The notes under the pieces were generated by a model. That model ran no database searches. It was not told the DNA's origin and saw only the letters and a program-made list of their open reading frames with translations. Position numbers and translations under genes: made by a program. A stretch of DNA of 63,690 nt, counting the filler, from Thermodesulfobacteriota bacterium (lineage in GTDB: Bacteria; DASVDK01): assembly GCA_036381125.1 (NCBI GenBank). It is 6 parts of 6 records of this genome, joined end to end, with 100 filler letters (N's around TTAATTAATTAA, not from the genome) between each part and the next. Parts side by side here need not be neighbours in the genome. Positions count along the whole stretch, not along the records: positions 17,413 to 24,700 come from DASVDK010000272.1; positions 24,801 to 49,474 come from DASVDK010000274.1; 4 more parts are not named here. One strand, given 5' to 3'. Below, piece by piece: positions 18,188 through 28,337 of this stretch. Positions within the stretch are counted from its first letter, which is position 1, and every line of letters begins with the position of its first letter.

Positions 18188-19341
18188 TTCGGCTCCTCCC
18201 CCTGATGCTGCGCAACGCCCTCGGCAACCGTCGGCGCAGCATCCTCACGCTCCTCTCGCTCGCCGTGTCGATCTTCCTGCTGGCCACGCTCGTCACCCTC
18301 CAGGAGGAGCTGGAGCGGAGCGTCCGGGCGAGCGCCCGGTCGCCGCGCCTCGTCGTCCGTCGGGCGACGTCGCTGGCCGACCCGCTGCCCCTCTCGATGC
18401 GCCGCACGCTCGAACGGATCCCCGGCGTCGACCTCGTCCTCGCGATGCAGTGGTTCGGCGGCGTCTACGTCGAGGAGCGGAACTTCTTCGCGAACTTCGC
18501 CGTCGACGTCGACGGCATGCGGAAGATGTGGCCCGAGGTGACGGTCGACGAAGCGCAGTTCGAGGCGTTCCGCCGGGAGCGGACCGCGGCCATGGTCGGC
18601 CGCCGCCTCGTGGAGCGCTTCGGCTGGCGCCTCGGCCAGCAGGTGACGCTCGAGGGGACCGTCTTCCCGGTCGACCTCACCTTCACGATCCGGGCGGTGT
18701 ACCGACAGGGAACCGATCAGGCCGTCGACGAGAACGCCTTCTGGTTCCACCGCGAGTACCTCGAGGAGGCGCTCGGCAGGCCGGGCACGATCGGCACGTT
18801 CTGGCTCAGGGCCGCGAACCCCGCGGCGATCCCGAGGATCATGGAGGAGGTGGACCGCACGTTCCGTAACACCGACTCGGCCACCAGGACCGAGACCGAG
18901 TCGGCCTTCGCGCTCTCGTTCCTCCGGATGGTCGGCGACGTCCGGACGATGATCCTGTCGATCGCCTCGGTGGTCGTCTTCACGATCCTGCTCGTCACGG
19001 CGAACACCACGGCCATGGCGGTGCGGGAGCGGACGCGCGAGGTGGCGGTCATGAAGGCGCTCGGCTTCACCAGGCGCCACATCCTCTGGCTGCTCGTGGG
19101 GGAGGCGGCGGCGATCGCGTTCGGCGGCGGGCTCCTCGGGGCCGTGGGGGCCAGGCTCGCCTACGCGGCGGTCGACCTCGCCGCGCGGAGCGGCGGCCTG
19201 CTGTCGCAGTTCGCCGTCGGGTGGGACACGGTCGCGGCCGGCGCCCTGATCGCGGCCGCCATCGGCGCCGTGAGCGCCGCCGTTCCGGCGGTGCGCGCCT
19301 CGCGCGTGTCGATCGCGCGGGGCCTGCGGCACGTCGGGTGA
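18184..19341 (+). CDS. MacB/FtsX-type ABC transporter permease
   Basis: RRSILTLLS, periplasmic domain, [14 protein letters not shown], three C-terminal TM helices. Confidence 0.92.
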   Translation: MIRLLPLMLRNALGNRRRSILTLLSLAVSIFLLATLVTLQEELERSVRASARSPRLVVRRATSLADPLPLSMRRTLERIPGVDLVLAMQWFGGVYVEERNFFANFAVDVDGMRKMWPEVTVDEAQFEAFRRERTAAMVGRRLVERFGWRLGQQVTLEGTVFPVDLTFTIRAVYRQGTDQAVDENAFWFHREYLEEALGRPGTIGTFWLRAANPAAIPRIMEEVDRTFRNTDSATRTETESAFALSFLRMVGDVRTMILSIASVVVFTILLVTANTTAMAVRERTREVAVMKALGFTRRHILWLLVGEAAAIAFGGGLLGAVGARLAYAAVDLAARSGGLLSQFAVGWDTVAAGALIAAAIGAVSAAVPAVRASRVSIARGLRHVG

Positions 19342-20501
19342 TGGCGGTCCCCTTCGCGTACAACCTGCGCAGCCTCGCCGTACGCCGCGTCTCGGTCGCC
19401 ATGACGGCCGGGGGCGTCGCGCTGGTCGTGGCGGTGTTCCTCGCCACGCTGGCCCTCGCGGGCGGTCTCGAGCGGGCGTTCGTCGAGACCGGGCAGCCGG
19501 AGAACGTCCTCGTCATCCGGCAGGGCTCCCTCGTCGAGACCTCCTCGGCCCTGTCGCGCGAGCAGTGGCAGGTCCTCCGCTTCCTGCCCGGCGTCGCCCG
19601 CGACGCCGGCGGGCAGCCGGTCGCCTCCGCCGAGGTCGTCGTCCTGTTCTACCTCCAGCGCCCGGACGGTGTGGCAGCCAACGTGATGATGCGCGGCGTC
19701 GGCCGGCAGGGGTTCCTCCTGCGGCCCCGGCTGCGCCTCGTGGCCGGCAGGCGGTTCGTCCCGGGACGCCGGGAGGTGATCGTGGCGGCGAGCCTCGCGC
19801 GGCGCTTCGTGGGGCTCGACCTCGGCGCGCGGGTGCCGCTCGGCTCCGAGTCGTGGCGGATCGTGGGGCTCTTCGAGGCGGGTCGCACGGCCGTCGATTC
19901 GGAGATCTGGGGCGACGCGGAAGAGGTGGCGCGCGCCTACGACCGCGACCAGTTCTCGTCGGCGCTCCTGCGGACGACCGGCCGCGCGCAACGCGACGCC
20001 CTGATCGAGCGGGTGGCGGGGGATCCCCGTCTCGCCCTCAAGCCGCTCGTGGAGACCGACTACTACGCCGAGCAGACCGTGTCGGCGAGGCCGGTCAAGT
20101 TCGTGGGGCTCTTCATGGCCGGCGTCATGGCCGTCGGCGCCGCCTTCGCGGCGATGAACACGATGTACGCGGCAGTCGCCTCACGGGGGCAGGAGATCGC
20201 CACGATGCGGCTCCTCGGCTTCCGCCGGCGCCAGATCCTGACGGCCTTCCTCCTCGAGTCGCTGCTCGTCGCCCTCGTGGGGGGCGTGCTCGGCTGTCTC
20301 CTCGCGCTCCCGCTGAACGGCCTGTCCACCGGCACCGTGAACTTCCGCACGTTCAGCGAGGTGACGTTCGACTTCCGGATCGGCTGGGACCTGATCCTCG
20401 ACGGGCTCCTCTTTGCCGCCGCCGTCGGCCTGGCCGGCGGCCTGCTCCCGGCCGTGCGCGCGGCCCGCCAGCCGCTCGCGACCGCAATACGCGCGGAGTA
20501 G
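19341..20501 (+). CDS. MacB/FtsX-type ABC transporter permease
   Basis: ATG 19341 overlaps upstream TGA; NTMYAAVASRGQEIATMRLLGF. Confidence 0.92.
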   Translation: MAVPFAYNLRSLAVRRVSVAMTAGGVALVVAVFLATLALAGGLERAFVETGQPENVLVIRQGSLVETSSALSREQWQVLRFLPGVARDAGGQPVASAEVVVLFYLQRPDGVAANVMMRGVGRQGFLLRPRLRLVAGRRFVPGRREVIVAASLARRFVGLDLGARVPLGSESWRIVGLFEAGRTAVDSEIWGDAEEVARAYDRDQFSSALLRTTGRAQRDALIERVAGDPRLALKPLVETDYYAEQTVSARPVKFVGLFMAGVMAVGAAFAAMNTMYAAVASRGQEIATMRLLGFRRRQILTAFLLESLLVALVGGVLGCLLALPLNGLSTGTVNFRTFSEVTFDFRIGWDLILDGLLFAAAVGLAGGLLPAVRAARQPLATAIRAE

Positions 20502-20559
20502 TCCGGGTCGACGGCGGCCCGCGGGGTGCCAGGGCCTGTGCGCGTCCACACCGCCCGCC

Positions 20560-20679
20560 TGACCGCCGCCGGGACGTGGCGGCCACCCTCTGCATCAGGA
20601 GCGCCTCGACGAGCACGGTGAGCGTGCGGTCGAGGACCTGGCCGACGTCGCCGTCGGGGATCCGGCGGCGCAGGCGGTG
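20560..20679 (-). pseudogene. Short remnant resembling the central region of HNH-endonuclease-associated proteins
   Basis: Translates HRLRRRIPDGDVGQVLDRTLTVLVEALLMQRVAATSRRR; no plausible upstream start or RBS and no HNH domain. Confidence 0.5.
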
Positions 20680-20681
20680 CG

Positions 20682-22118
20682 CTACTCGCGGACGTTGCCC
20701 CAGACGCTCTTGACGCCGTCCGCGTCCTCGAGCCAGACGGCGACGGCGTTGCCATCTGCATCGACGGCGACGCGCGGCGCGGTGGCGACGTCACCCGGCG
20801 CGTTGTTCTCCTTGACCAGTTCGTCGGTCGACCATGCGCTCGCGCTCGCGGCGAGGCGGCTCGATCGGATGCGCAGCTTGCCGTCGCCGGGGTCCTGCTG
20901 CCAGACGGCGATGGCGTTGCCCGACGGGTCGAGCGCCACGTGCGGCGCGTCGGACGGGGCGGTGGTGGAGGTCTGGACGCGAGCGGCGGCGGACCAGTCG
21001 CCACTGGACGGGTCGAGGCGACTCGCATGGATGCGGCCGCCGCCGCCGTCCCGCCGCCAGATCGCGACGGCGTGGCCGGTTGGGGCGACCGCGAGGGCGG
21101 CGTGGTCCGCGGTCTGGCCGCTCGTGTCGAGCTCTTGGGGCGTGCCCCACTCGGACGGCGTGGACGGCGTCCCTTTCACGAAGCGCCTGGCGTGGATGCT
21201 GCCGGCCTGCTCCCAGAGGACGACGGCGTTGCCGTCCGCGTCGGCGCCGACCTGTGGCGACGAGGCGCTGATCGGTTGGCCGTCGATCTCATCCGGCCCG
21301 TTCCAGGCGGACAGGTCGACGTCGAACCGGTTCACCCAGATGCCCGGCTGGGCCACGGCGGAAGCGCGCTGTACCCAGGCGACGAACACGTCGCCCGTGT
21401 CGGAGATGTCGATCGACGGGCTCGAGGCGTCCTCGGCCGGGGAGCCGGCCGCGGCATGGTCGGGGCCGCGCCAGGTCTCGTCGAAGGGGTCGAAGCGGCT
21501 CACCCAGACGCTGTCGTCGGTGCCGTCCCCCTGGATCCAGGCGACGACAGCTACGCCGGAATCGTTGGCCGCGACCTGAGGCGACTGGCCGGGACCGGCC
21601 CCGGCGTCGAGCGGTTCAGGCTCCTCCCACACGCCCGCCGCCGTGTGACGCGCCACCCACACCGTCGGCTCACTCGGGATGGCATTGCTGTTGCGGACCC
21701 AGACGGCGAAGACGTTGCCGTCGCCGTCGGCCGCGAGTTGCGGCGAGCGGGAGTTGCCGATGCCCTCGGTATCGATGGCCTCCGGGGTGCTCCACTCGCC
21801 GGTCGAGCGGTCGAGCCGGCTCGCCCAGAGCGCCACGCGCGAGCCGTCCGACTGGAGCCACACGGCCACCGCGTCGCCGCTCGTCGGGTCGACGGCGACC
21901 CGGGCCTCGCTGGCAGTTTCGGATCGGAACTCGATCCGCTCCGGGTCCTGCCACTCGACGCCGGCGCCGGGGCCGCCGCCCCCGGGAGTGCCGCCGCCGC
22001 CGCCGCCGCCCGGACTGCCGCCCACGGGCGGGCTGTCGGCGCCGGAGGCCCCGCAGCCGGAGCCGAGGGCGAGGAGGAGAAGGAGGGCCGTGAGGAGCGG
22101 AGCCCGCGGGGGACGCAT
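20682..22118 (-). CDS. Lipoprotein with Trp-rich tandem repeats (probable beta-propeller)
   Basis: Signal peptide ending LGSGC, poly-Gly linker, about 8 repeats of P.(V/L)A.D..G.A.AVW.Q...R......W. Confidence 0.8.
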   Translation of the reverse strand: MRPPRAPLLTALLLLLALGSGCGASGADSPPVGGSPGGGGGGGTPGGGGPGAGVEWQDPERIEFRSETASEARVAVDPTSGDAVAVWLQSDGSRVALWASRLDRSTGEWSTPEAIDTEGIGNSRSPQLAADGDGNVFAVWVRNSNAIPSEPTVWVARHTAAGVWEEPEPLDAGAGPGQSPQVAANDSGVAVVAWIQGDGTDDSVWVSRFDPFDETWRGPDHAAAGSPAEDASSPSIDISDTGDVFVAWVQRASAVAQPGIWVNRFDVDLSAWNGPDEIDGQPISASSPQVGADADGNAVVLWEQAGSIHARRFVKGTPSTPSEWGTPQELDTSGQTADHAALAVAPTGHAVAIWRRDGGGGRIHASRLDPSSGDWSAAARVQTSTTAPSDAPHVALDPSGNAIAVWQQDPGDGKLRIRSSRLAASASAWSTDELVKENNAPGDVATAPRVAVDADGNAVAVWLEDADGVKSVWGNVRE

Positions 22119-22294
22119 GGGGGCAGCCTCCCGATCAGGACGTGCGAAGGGCACGTCGCGGCGCTTATAGCAGACATCGTCCGGTCGGACAACCAGGCGC
22201 ATGGCTACCGGGCATGGTGCCGGTCGGGTCGAGCGGCCCGGTACGGGGCCGCGTCCGGCGGGCGGCAGGCCGCCCTCCCGGGTGGTGAAGTAGC

Positions 22295-23794
22295 ATGGCG
22301 CTGGAGGTGCCGCACGTGACTGCGTCGCTGGTGCTCGCCCTGGACATCGGAACCTCTTCGGTCCGGGCCGTCCTCTTCGACGAGGCCGGCCGCCAGGTGG
22401 ACGGCGGCCTCGCCGACCGCCCGCATGCCCCGGACGTCACGCCGGACGGCGGGGCCGAGCTCGATCCCGGTGCCCTGCTCTCGCGCACGGCCGCCGCGAT
22501 CGACGAGGTCCTCGTCGCGGCAGGGGGCCGGGCGACCGCCATCCGGGCCGTCGGGCTCGCGACCTTCTGGCACGGCCTCATGGGGACGGACGCCGCCGAC
22601 ACGCCGGTCACGCCGCTCTACCTCTGGGCCGACGTGCGCGCATCCGCGCACGCGGCGCGCCTGGCCGAGCGCCTCGGCGCCGACGCGCTCCACGCCCGCA
22701 CCGGGTGCCCGGTGCACGCCTCCTTCCTCCCGGCCAAGCTCCTGTGGCTCGGCGAGACGCGCCCCGACCCGTTCCGCCGGGCCGCCTGGTGGGGGTCCTT
22801 CGGCGAGTGGCTCCACCGCCGCCTCTTCGGCCGGCCGGATGCGCCGGCCTCGCTCTCCATGGCGTCGGCGACCGGCCTCCTCGACCAGACGACCGGACGA
22901 TGGGACGAGACGATCCTCGGCGCGATCGGGCTCGACCCCCGGCGGCTCTCGCCCATCGGTGACCTGGACAACGTGTCGCAAGGGCTCGCCCCGGAGTGGG
23001 CCCGGCGCTGGCCGCCGCTTGCCCGCGTGCCGTGGCTGCCGGCCGTGGGTGACGGCGCGACGGGGCAGATCGGGTCGGGCTGCACGTCGAGCGACCGGAT
23101 CGCGCTCAACGTCGGCACCTCGTCGGCGCTCCGGGTGCTGGTCGACGGTCCGGTGGTGCCGCCGCCGCCGGGGCTCTTCGGCTACCGCCTCGACGGCCGG
23201 CAAGGCGTCGTGGGAGGCGCCCTCAACGAGGGCGGTAACGTGGTGGCGTGGGCGCGCGAGACCTTCCGGCTGCCGGCCGGCGCGGAGATGGAGGCGGTAC
23301 TCGAGCGCCTGCCGCCCGACGCGCACGGGCTCACGGTGCTTCCCTGGCTGATGGGGGAGCGCGCCCCGGGATGGCGGGGGGACCTCACCGGCACGATCAC
23401 CGGGCTCTCCCTCGCCACGCGTCCGATCGACCTGCTGCACGCCCTGATGGAGGCGGTGGCGCTGCGCCTGGCGCTCGTCGAGGAGCGACTCGAGCGGCGC
23501 GTACCGCCGGAGGCGGTCGTCGTGGCCTCGGGCGGCGCGATGCTCGCCTCGCCGGCCTGGCGGCGGATCGTCGCCGATGCGCTCGGCCGGCCCGTCGTGG
23601 CGAGCGGCGAGCCGGAGGCGAGCGCGCGGGGTGCCGCCCTCCTGGCGCTCCGCGAGACCGGCTTGCTATCGTCTTTGCAGCACGCGCCGGCGCGACTCGG
23701 CGCTCGCCTCGACCCCGAACCGGCGCGGCACGCGACCTACCGTGCGGCCCGCGACCGGCAACAGGCGCTCGACGAGCGCCTGTTCGCACGTTGA
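22295..23794 (+). CDS. gntK: FGGY-family carbohydrate kinase (gluconokinase-like)
   Basis: [50 protein letters not shown]. Confidence 0.85.
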   Translation: MALEVPHVTASLVLALDIGTSSVRAVLFDEAGRQVDGGLADRPHAPDVTPDGGAELDPGALLSRTAAAIDEVLVAAGGRATAIRAVGLATFWHGLMGTDAADTPVTPLYLWADVRASAHAARLAERLGADALHARTGCPVHASFLPAKLLWLGETRPDPFRRAAWWGSFGEWLHRRLFGRPDAPASLSMASATGLLDQTTGRWDETILGAIGLDPRRLSPIGDLDNVSQGLAPEWARRWPPLARVPWLPAVGDGATGQIGSGCTSSDRIALNVGTSSALRVLVDGPVVPPPPGLFGYRLDGRQGVVGGALNEGGNVVAWARETFRLPAGAEMEAVLERLPPDAHGLTVLPWLMGERAPGWRGDLTGTITGLSLATRPIDLLHALMEAVALRLALVEERLERRVPPEAVVVASGGAMLASPAWRRIVADALGRPVVASGEPEASARGAALLALRETGLLSSLQHAPARLGARLDPEPARHATYRAARDRQQALDERLFAR

Positions 23795-23822
23795 CGCTTC
23801 CGGCGATCGGAGGACCCTCGAT

Positions 23823-24700
23823 ATGACGTCCGGTCAGCGCACGGACATCGACGCCCCACACCTCCTCTGCATCAACACCATCCGCGCCCTGGCCATGGAC
23901 GCCGTCGAGCAGGCCCATTCCGGCCACCCCGGGATGCCCATGGGGGCCGCGCCGATGGCGTACGTCCTCTGGACGCGCCACCTGCGCCACAACCCGCGCA
24001 ACCCGCACTGGCCCGGCCGCGATCGGTTCGTCCTGTCGGCCGGGCACGGGTCGATGCTCCTCTACGCGCTCCTCCACCTCACCGGCTACGACCTGCCGCT
24101 CGACGAGCTGAAGCGCTTCCGGCAGTGGGGGAGCCGCACGCCGGGGCATCCCGAGCACGGACTCACGCCCGGCGTCGAGACGACGACCGGTCCCCTCGGC
24201 CAGGGCTTCGGCAACGCGGTGGGGCTCGCGATGGGGGAGACGATCCTCGCCGCTCGCTTCAACCGCGACGGGCACACGCCGGTGGACTACCGCGTCTACG
24301 TCATCGCGAGCGACGGGGACATGATGGAAGGGGTCGCCTCCGAGGCCGCGTCGCTGGCCGGCCACCTGCGGCTCGGGCGGCTCATCGTCCTCTACGACGA
24401 CAACCACATCTCGATCGAGGGGGAGACGAGCCTCGCCTTCTCGGAGGACGTGACGGCGCGCTTCGAGGCGTACGGGTGGCACACGCAGCGCGTGGCGGAC
24501 GGCAACGACCTCGCGGCGATCGACCGGGCCATCGAGGCGGCCAAGGCCGACCCGCGCCCCTCGCTCATCGCCGTGCGGACGCACATCGGCTTCGGCAGCC
24601 CCAACAAGCAGGACACCGCGGAGGCGCACGGCGCGCCGCTCGGCAAGGCGGAGGTGGCGCTCACGAAGCGCGCCCTCGATTGGCCCGAGGAGCCGACCTT
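23823..24700 (+). CDS. tkt: Transketolase, N-terminal part (truncated by contig end)
   Basis: [45 protein letters not shown]. Confidence 0.97.
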
Positions 24701-24800
24701 NNNNNNNNNNNNNNNNNNNNNNNNNNNNNNNNNNNNNNNNNNNNTTAATTAATTAANNNNNNNNNNNNNNNNNNNNNNNNNNNNNNNNNNNNNNNNNNNN
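24701..24800. other. Artificial contig linker
   Basis: N-run with TTAATTAATTAA. Confidence 0.99.
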
Positions 24801-24832
24801 GAGGTCGGATCGTGCGAAGTCTTCTCGGACAT
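24801..24832 (-). CDS. 5' end of an unknown gene cut by the contig edge
   Basis: ATG at 24832 (MSEKTSHDPT) with GAGGAGG RBS 5 nt upstream. Confidence 0.45.
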
Positions 24833-25201
24833 TGAAGCCTCCTCGTGCATGCGAGTACTGGTCGATCGGATGTCTGGTCACGGGTGAGTCGAGGTGCCCG
24901 AAGGCGGCGGGCGGAGTCGCGCGTTACGGGAGCAACACGACCTGGATGACACACTGCGGCGTGCCTGATCCGGACGCGGGTATCGCGACCGCTCGTGCGC
25001 CATGGCAGGCGCCTATTAAAACACCAGGCTGGCGAGCTGACAAGAACCGGCTGCTTATCTGAACACGATCATCGGCGCGGGTCATCCTTTCGATTCGAAC
25101 CGCTGCTGCGCGTCGGGTCTTGGACCGCGAGGCTCCGGTCCCGAAGGGGACCGGCGGTATCTCGACCTGGCGCTGCTCGAACCGATCGCCGTCGCGGCGG
25201 C

Positions 25202-25902
25202 ATGGCGAAGCCCCTCGTCTCCGAGGCCCTCTGGGCGAAGCTCCAGCCCCTGCTGCCCCCCGCCCGGCCGAAACCGAAGGGCGGCCGTCCCCCGGTCCCC
25301 GACCGGGCGGCGCTGACCGGCATTCTCTTCGTGCTGCGCACCGGGATCCCGTGGGAGTATCTCCCGGCGGAGCTGGGCTGCGGCAGCGGGATGACCTGCT
25401 GGCGGCGGCTGCACGCCTGGCACCGCGCCGGCGTCTGGCGACGACTGTACCGCGTGCTCCTCGACGAATTGGGCGACCGGGACGCCATCGACTGGTCCCG
25501 CGCGGCCCTCGACACGGCGAGGGTCCCGGCCCAAAGGGGGGCCCGCAAACCGGCCCGACTCCAACGGATCGCGGCCAACCGGCCCCGAAGCGCCATCGGG
25601 CGGTCGACGCCCAGGGCCTCCCGCTCGCGGTAACGCTGTCCGCGGCCAACCTCCACGATTCGGTCCTCTTCGAGGCCGTCGTCGACGCCATCGCGCCGAT
25701 TCGCCGGCCCCGGGGCCGGCCGCGCCGCCGCCCGGCGAAGCTGCACGCCGATAAGGGCTCTGACTTCCCGCGCTGTCGTCGCGCACCGCGCCGCCGGGGG
25801 ATCGCCGCCCGGATCGCTCGTCGCGGCCTCGAGTCGAAGGAGCGTCGGAACGCTTGTGGTTGCGGCTCTGCTGGTGCGCTTTACAGTCCATCTCGTACGT
25901 GA
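25202..25902 (+). mobile_element. IS5-family (IS427-group-like) two-frame transposase, 3'-truncated and probably inactive
   Basis: OrfA LWAKLQPLLP..GGRPP..GILFVLRTGIPW..LP..GCGSGMTCWRR; slippery AAAGGGGGG at 25533-25541; -1 frame TGPTPTDRG..VDAQGLPL..ADKG; ends before the R(W)xVER catalytic Glu motif. Confidence 0.88.
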
Positions 25903-26373
25903 AACCCGGATCATGCGAGAGCAGCAGGCGGCGCCGCAGATCGCCTTTACCGTCTCGATGACTTCGAGAAGAAGATGAGCACCCCGTTCCGGGTCGAGGT
26001 CTCCTACAAGGATGGGACGGGGACGAAGGATTTCAAGGAGACGTTCCCGACGACCGAACGCCGTTTCGGTCGGCCGGCCGCCTCCGGGGCGGACGCCCGA
26101 CCTTTCCCCTTGCCGAGCGGCGTGTGGAGGTGTATCTAGGGGGCTGCCTCGAGCGAGGCGGCCCCGGTCCACACCCCAGGCCCCCACCGAGACGCTCAGC
26201 CCACGGCCGAAACCGCAACAGGCCGACACCGACCAGGTGGAGACGTGCGCCCGCGCGGCGGCATCGTGCCGTCCGCCGTCGGCGGCCGGGGCTTGCGTCC
26301 GGTGCGGGCCGCGCCGCGCCGCCCCGCTCACGCGATAGGAGACCACGGCTCGCATCACGAGGAGGAAACCTCC

Positions 26374-28281
26374 GTGCGCACCAGGACCGACAGCGCGCGT
26401 CGCGGCTTCCGGCACAGGCTTCTTCGAGCGCTCGAGCGGCTCGGGTACGACGAGACCTCCGGGAGGCTCGGCGACTTCACGACGACCCCGCGCGTGATCC
26501 CGATCTCGATCCTCGCGGTCGGCCTCGGGATCGTCAGCACGTACCTCTCGGCCGCGCTGCTGACGCTCATCGGTCTCGTCACGAACCTCCTCTTCTACCA
26601 GCGGTGGGATACGACGCTCGTCTCCCCGGCCGGCAACACGCTCGGGCCGCTCGTGGTGCTCGTGCCGGTGCTCGGCGCCCTGGTCATCGGCCTCATCGCC
26701 CGCTACGGCTCCGAGCGAATCCGCGGCCACGGCATCCCGGAGGCGATCGAGGCGATCCTGATCAACGGCAGCCGCGTCCAGCCGCGGGTGGCCCTCCTGA
26801 AGCCGCTCTCGTCGGCGATCTCCATCGGGTCGGGCGGTCCCTTCGGCGCCGAGGGGCCGATCATCATGACCGGGGGCGCGTTCGGATCGATGGTCGGGCA
26901 GTTCTTTCGGCTCACGAGCGCCGAGCGGAAGACTCTGCTCGTCGCGGGGGCGGCCGCCGGGATGTCGGCGACCTTTGCCTCGCCGGTGGCGGCGGTGCTC
27001 CTGGCCGTGGAGCTGCTGCTCCTCGAATGGAAGCCGCGCAGCCTGATCCCCGTCGCGCTGGCGAGCGCGACCGCCGCCGTCGCACGCCGCTACGTCCTGG
27101 GGCTCGGGCCGCTCTTCCCGGTGCCGCCGCATCCCGCGTTCGTCGGGCCGGACGGGATGCTGGCGTGCGTCGTGGCCGGCCTTGCGGCGGGCGCCCTGTC
27201 GGCGCTCCTCACGCTCATGGTCTACGCCGCGGAGGACATGTTCAGCCGGCTCCCGATCCACTGGATGTGGTGGCCGGCGATCGGCGGCCTGGTGATCGGT
27301 CTCGGGGGCCTCGTCTTCCCGGAGGCGCTCGGCGTCGGGTACGAGACGATCGGCTCGCTCCTGTCCGGGAGCGTGAGCGGGCAGGTGATCCTCGGCGTCC
27401 TGCTGGTCAAGTCGATCGTCTGGGCCGTGTCGCTCGGCTCGGGCACCTCGGGCGGCGTGCTGGCGCCGCTGCTCATGATGGGCGGCGCGCTCGGCGGGCT
27501 CGAGGCGCTGGTCTTCCCGAACGAGGGGGCGGGCTTCTGGGCGCTCGTGAGCATGGGGGCCATCCTCGGCGGCACCATGCGCTCCCCCTTCACCGGGGTC
27601 GTCTTCGCGCTGGAGCTGACCCACGACATGAACGCGCTCGTCCCGCTCCTCGTGGCCGCGGTCGTGGCGCACGGCTTCACGGTCCTGACGATGCGCAGGT
27701 CGATCCTCACCGAGAAGGTGAGCCGCCGCGGATACCACCTGAGCCGGGAGTACTCGGTCGATCCGCTCGAGGTGTTGTTCGTGCGTGACGTGATGCAGGC
27801 GAACGTGGTGGTCCTCCGGGCGGACGCGAGGCTTGCCGATCTCGCGCGTTCGCTTCACAGCGATCACGCGAGCCGGGGACAGCGCCTCTACCCCGTGGTG
27901 GACGGCGAGGATCGGCTGCTCGGCGTCGTCACCGGACGAGACCTGCGTGCCGTGGCGGAGGGCGGATCGGCCGGCGAGCCTCGGAACCTCGGCGACGTGA
28001 CGCGGCGCGTGCCGGTGGTCGCCCACCCGGACGAGCCGCTGCGGGCGGTCGTCTACAGGATGGCGGAGCGGAGCCTCACGCGGCTGCCGGTCGTCGATCG
28101 TGACGACCCACACAGGCTCGTCGGTCTCGTCACGCTCGAGCACCTCCTCCGGGCGAGGGCGCGCAACCTCGAGGAGGAGAGCCGACGGGAGCGGGTGCTG
28201 CGGTTGCACCACCTGCTACCGCGCGTGGGACGCGGGAAGCGAGAGGAGGCGGTGGCGGCCGGCGGCGGTCGCGCAGGCTGA
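26374..28281 (+). CDS. ClC-family chloride channel/antiporter with C-terminal CBS pair
   Basis: GHGIPE, GGPFGAEGP, SGTSGGVLAP, two CBS domains; GTG 26374 with GAGGAGG RBS. Confidence 0.92.
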   Translation: MRTRTDSARRGFRHRLLRALERLGYDETSGRLGDFTTTPRVIPISILAVGLGIVSTYLSAALLTLIGLVTNLLFYQRWDTTLVSPAGNTLGPLVVLVPVLGALVIGLIARYGSERIRGHGIPEAIEAILINGSRVQPRVALLKPLSSAISIGSGGPFGAEGPIIMTGGAFGSMVGQFFRLTSAERKTLLVAGAAAGMSATFASPVAAVLLAVELLLLEWKPRSLIPVALASATAAVARRYVLGLGPLFPVPPHPAFVGPDGMLACVVAGLAAGALSALLTLMVYAAEDMFSRLPIHWMWWPAIGGLVIGLGGLVFPEALGVGYETIGSLLSGSVSGQVILGVLLVKSIVWAVSLGSGTSGGVLAPLLMMGGALGGLEALVFPNEGAGFWALVSMGAILGGTMRSPFTGVVFALELTHDMNALVPLLVAAVVAHGFTVLTMRRSILTEKVSRRGYHLSREYSVDPLEVLFVRDVMQANVVVLRADARLADLARSLHSDHASRGQRLYPVVDGEDRLLGVVTGRDLRAVAEGGSAGEPRNLGDVTRRVPVVAHPDEPLRAVVYRMAERSLTRLPVVDRDDPHRLVGLVTLEHLLRARARNLEEESRRERVLRLHHLLPRVGRGKREEAVAAGGGRAG

Positions 28282-28337
28282 GGGCGCGCGACGGATCGTA
28301 CGAGTCGGGGCGTCGGGCCTCCGGCCCTCGCCGCCGC

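Noticed and set aside
25008-25023. AGGCGCCTATTAAAAC as IS left inverted repeat
   Set aside because: No matching right repeat or target duplication found.
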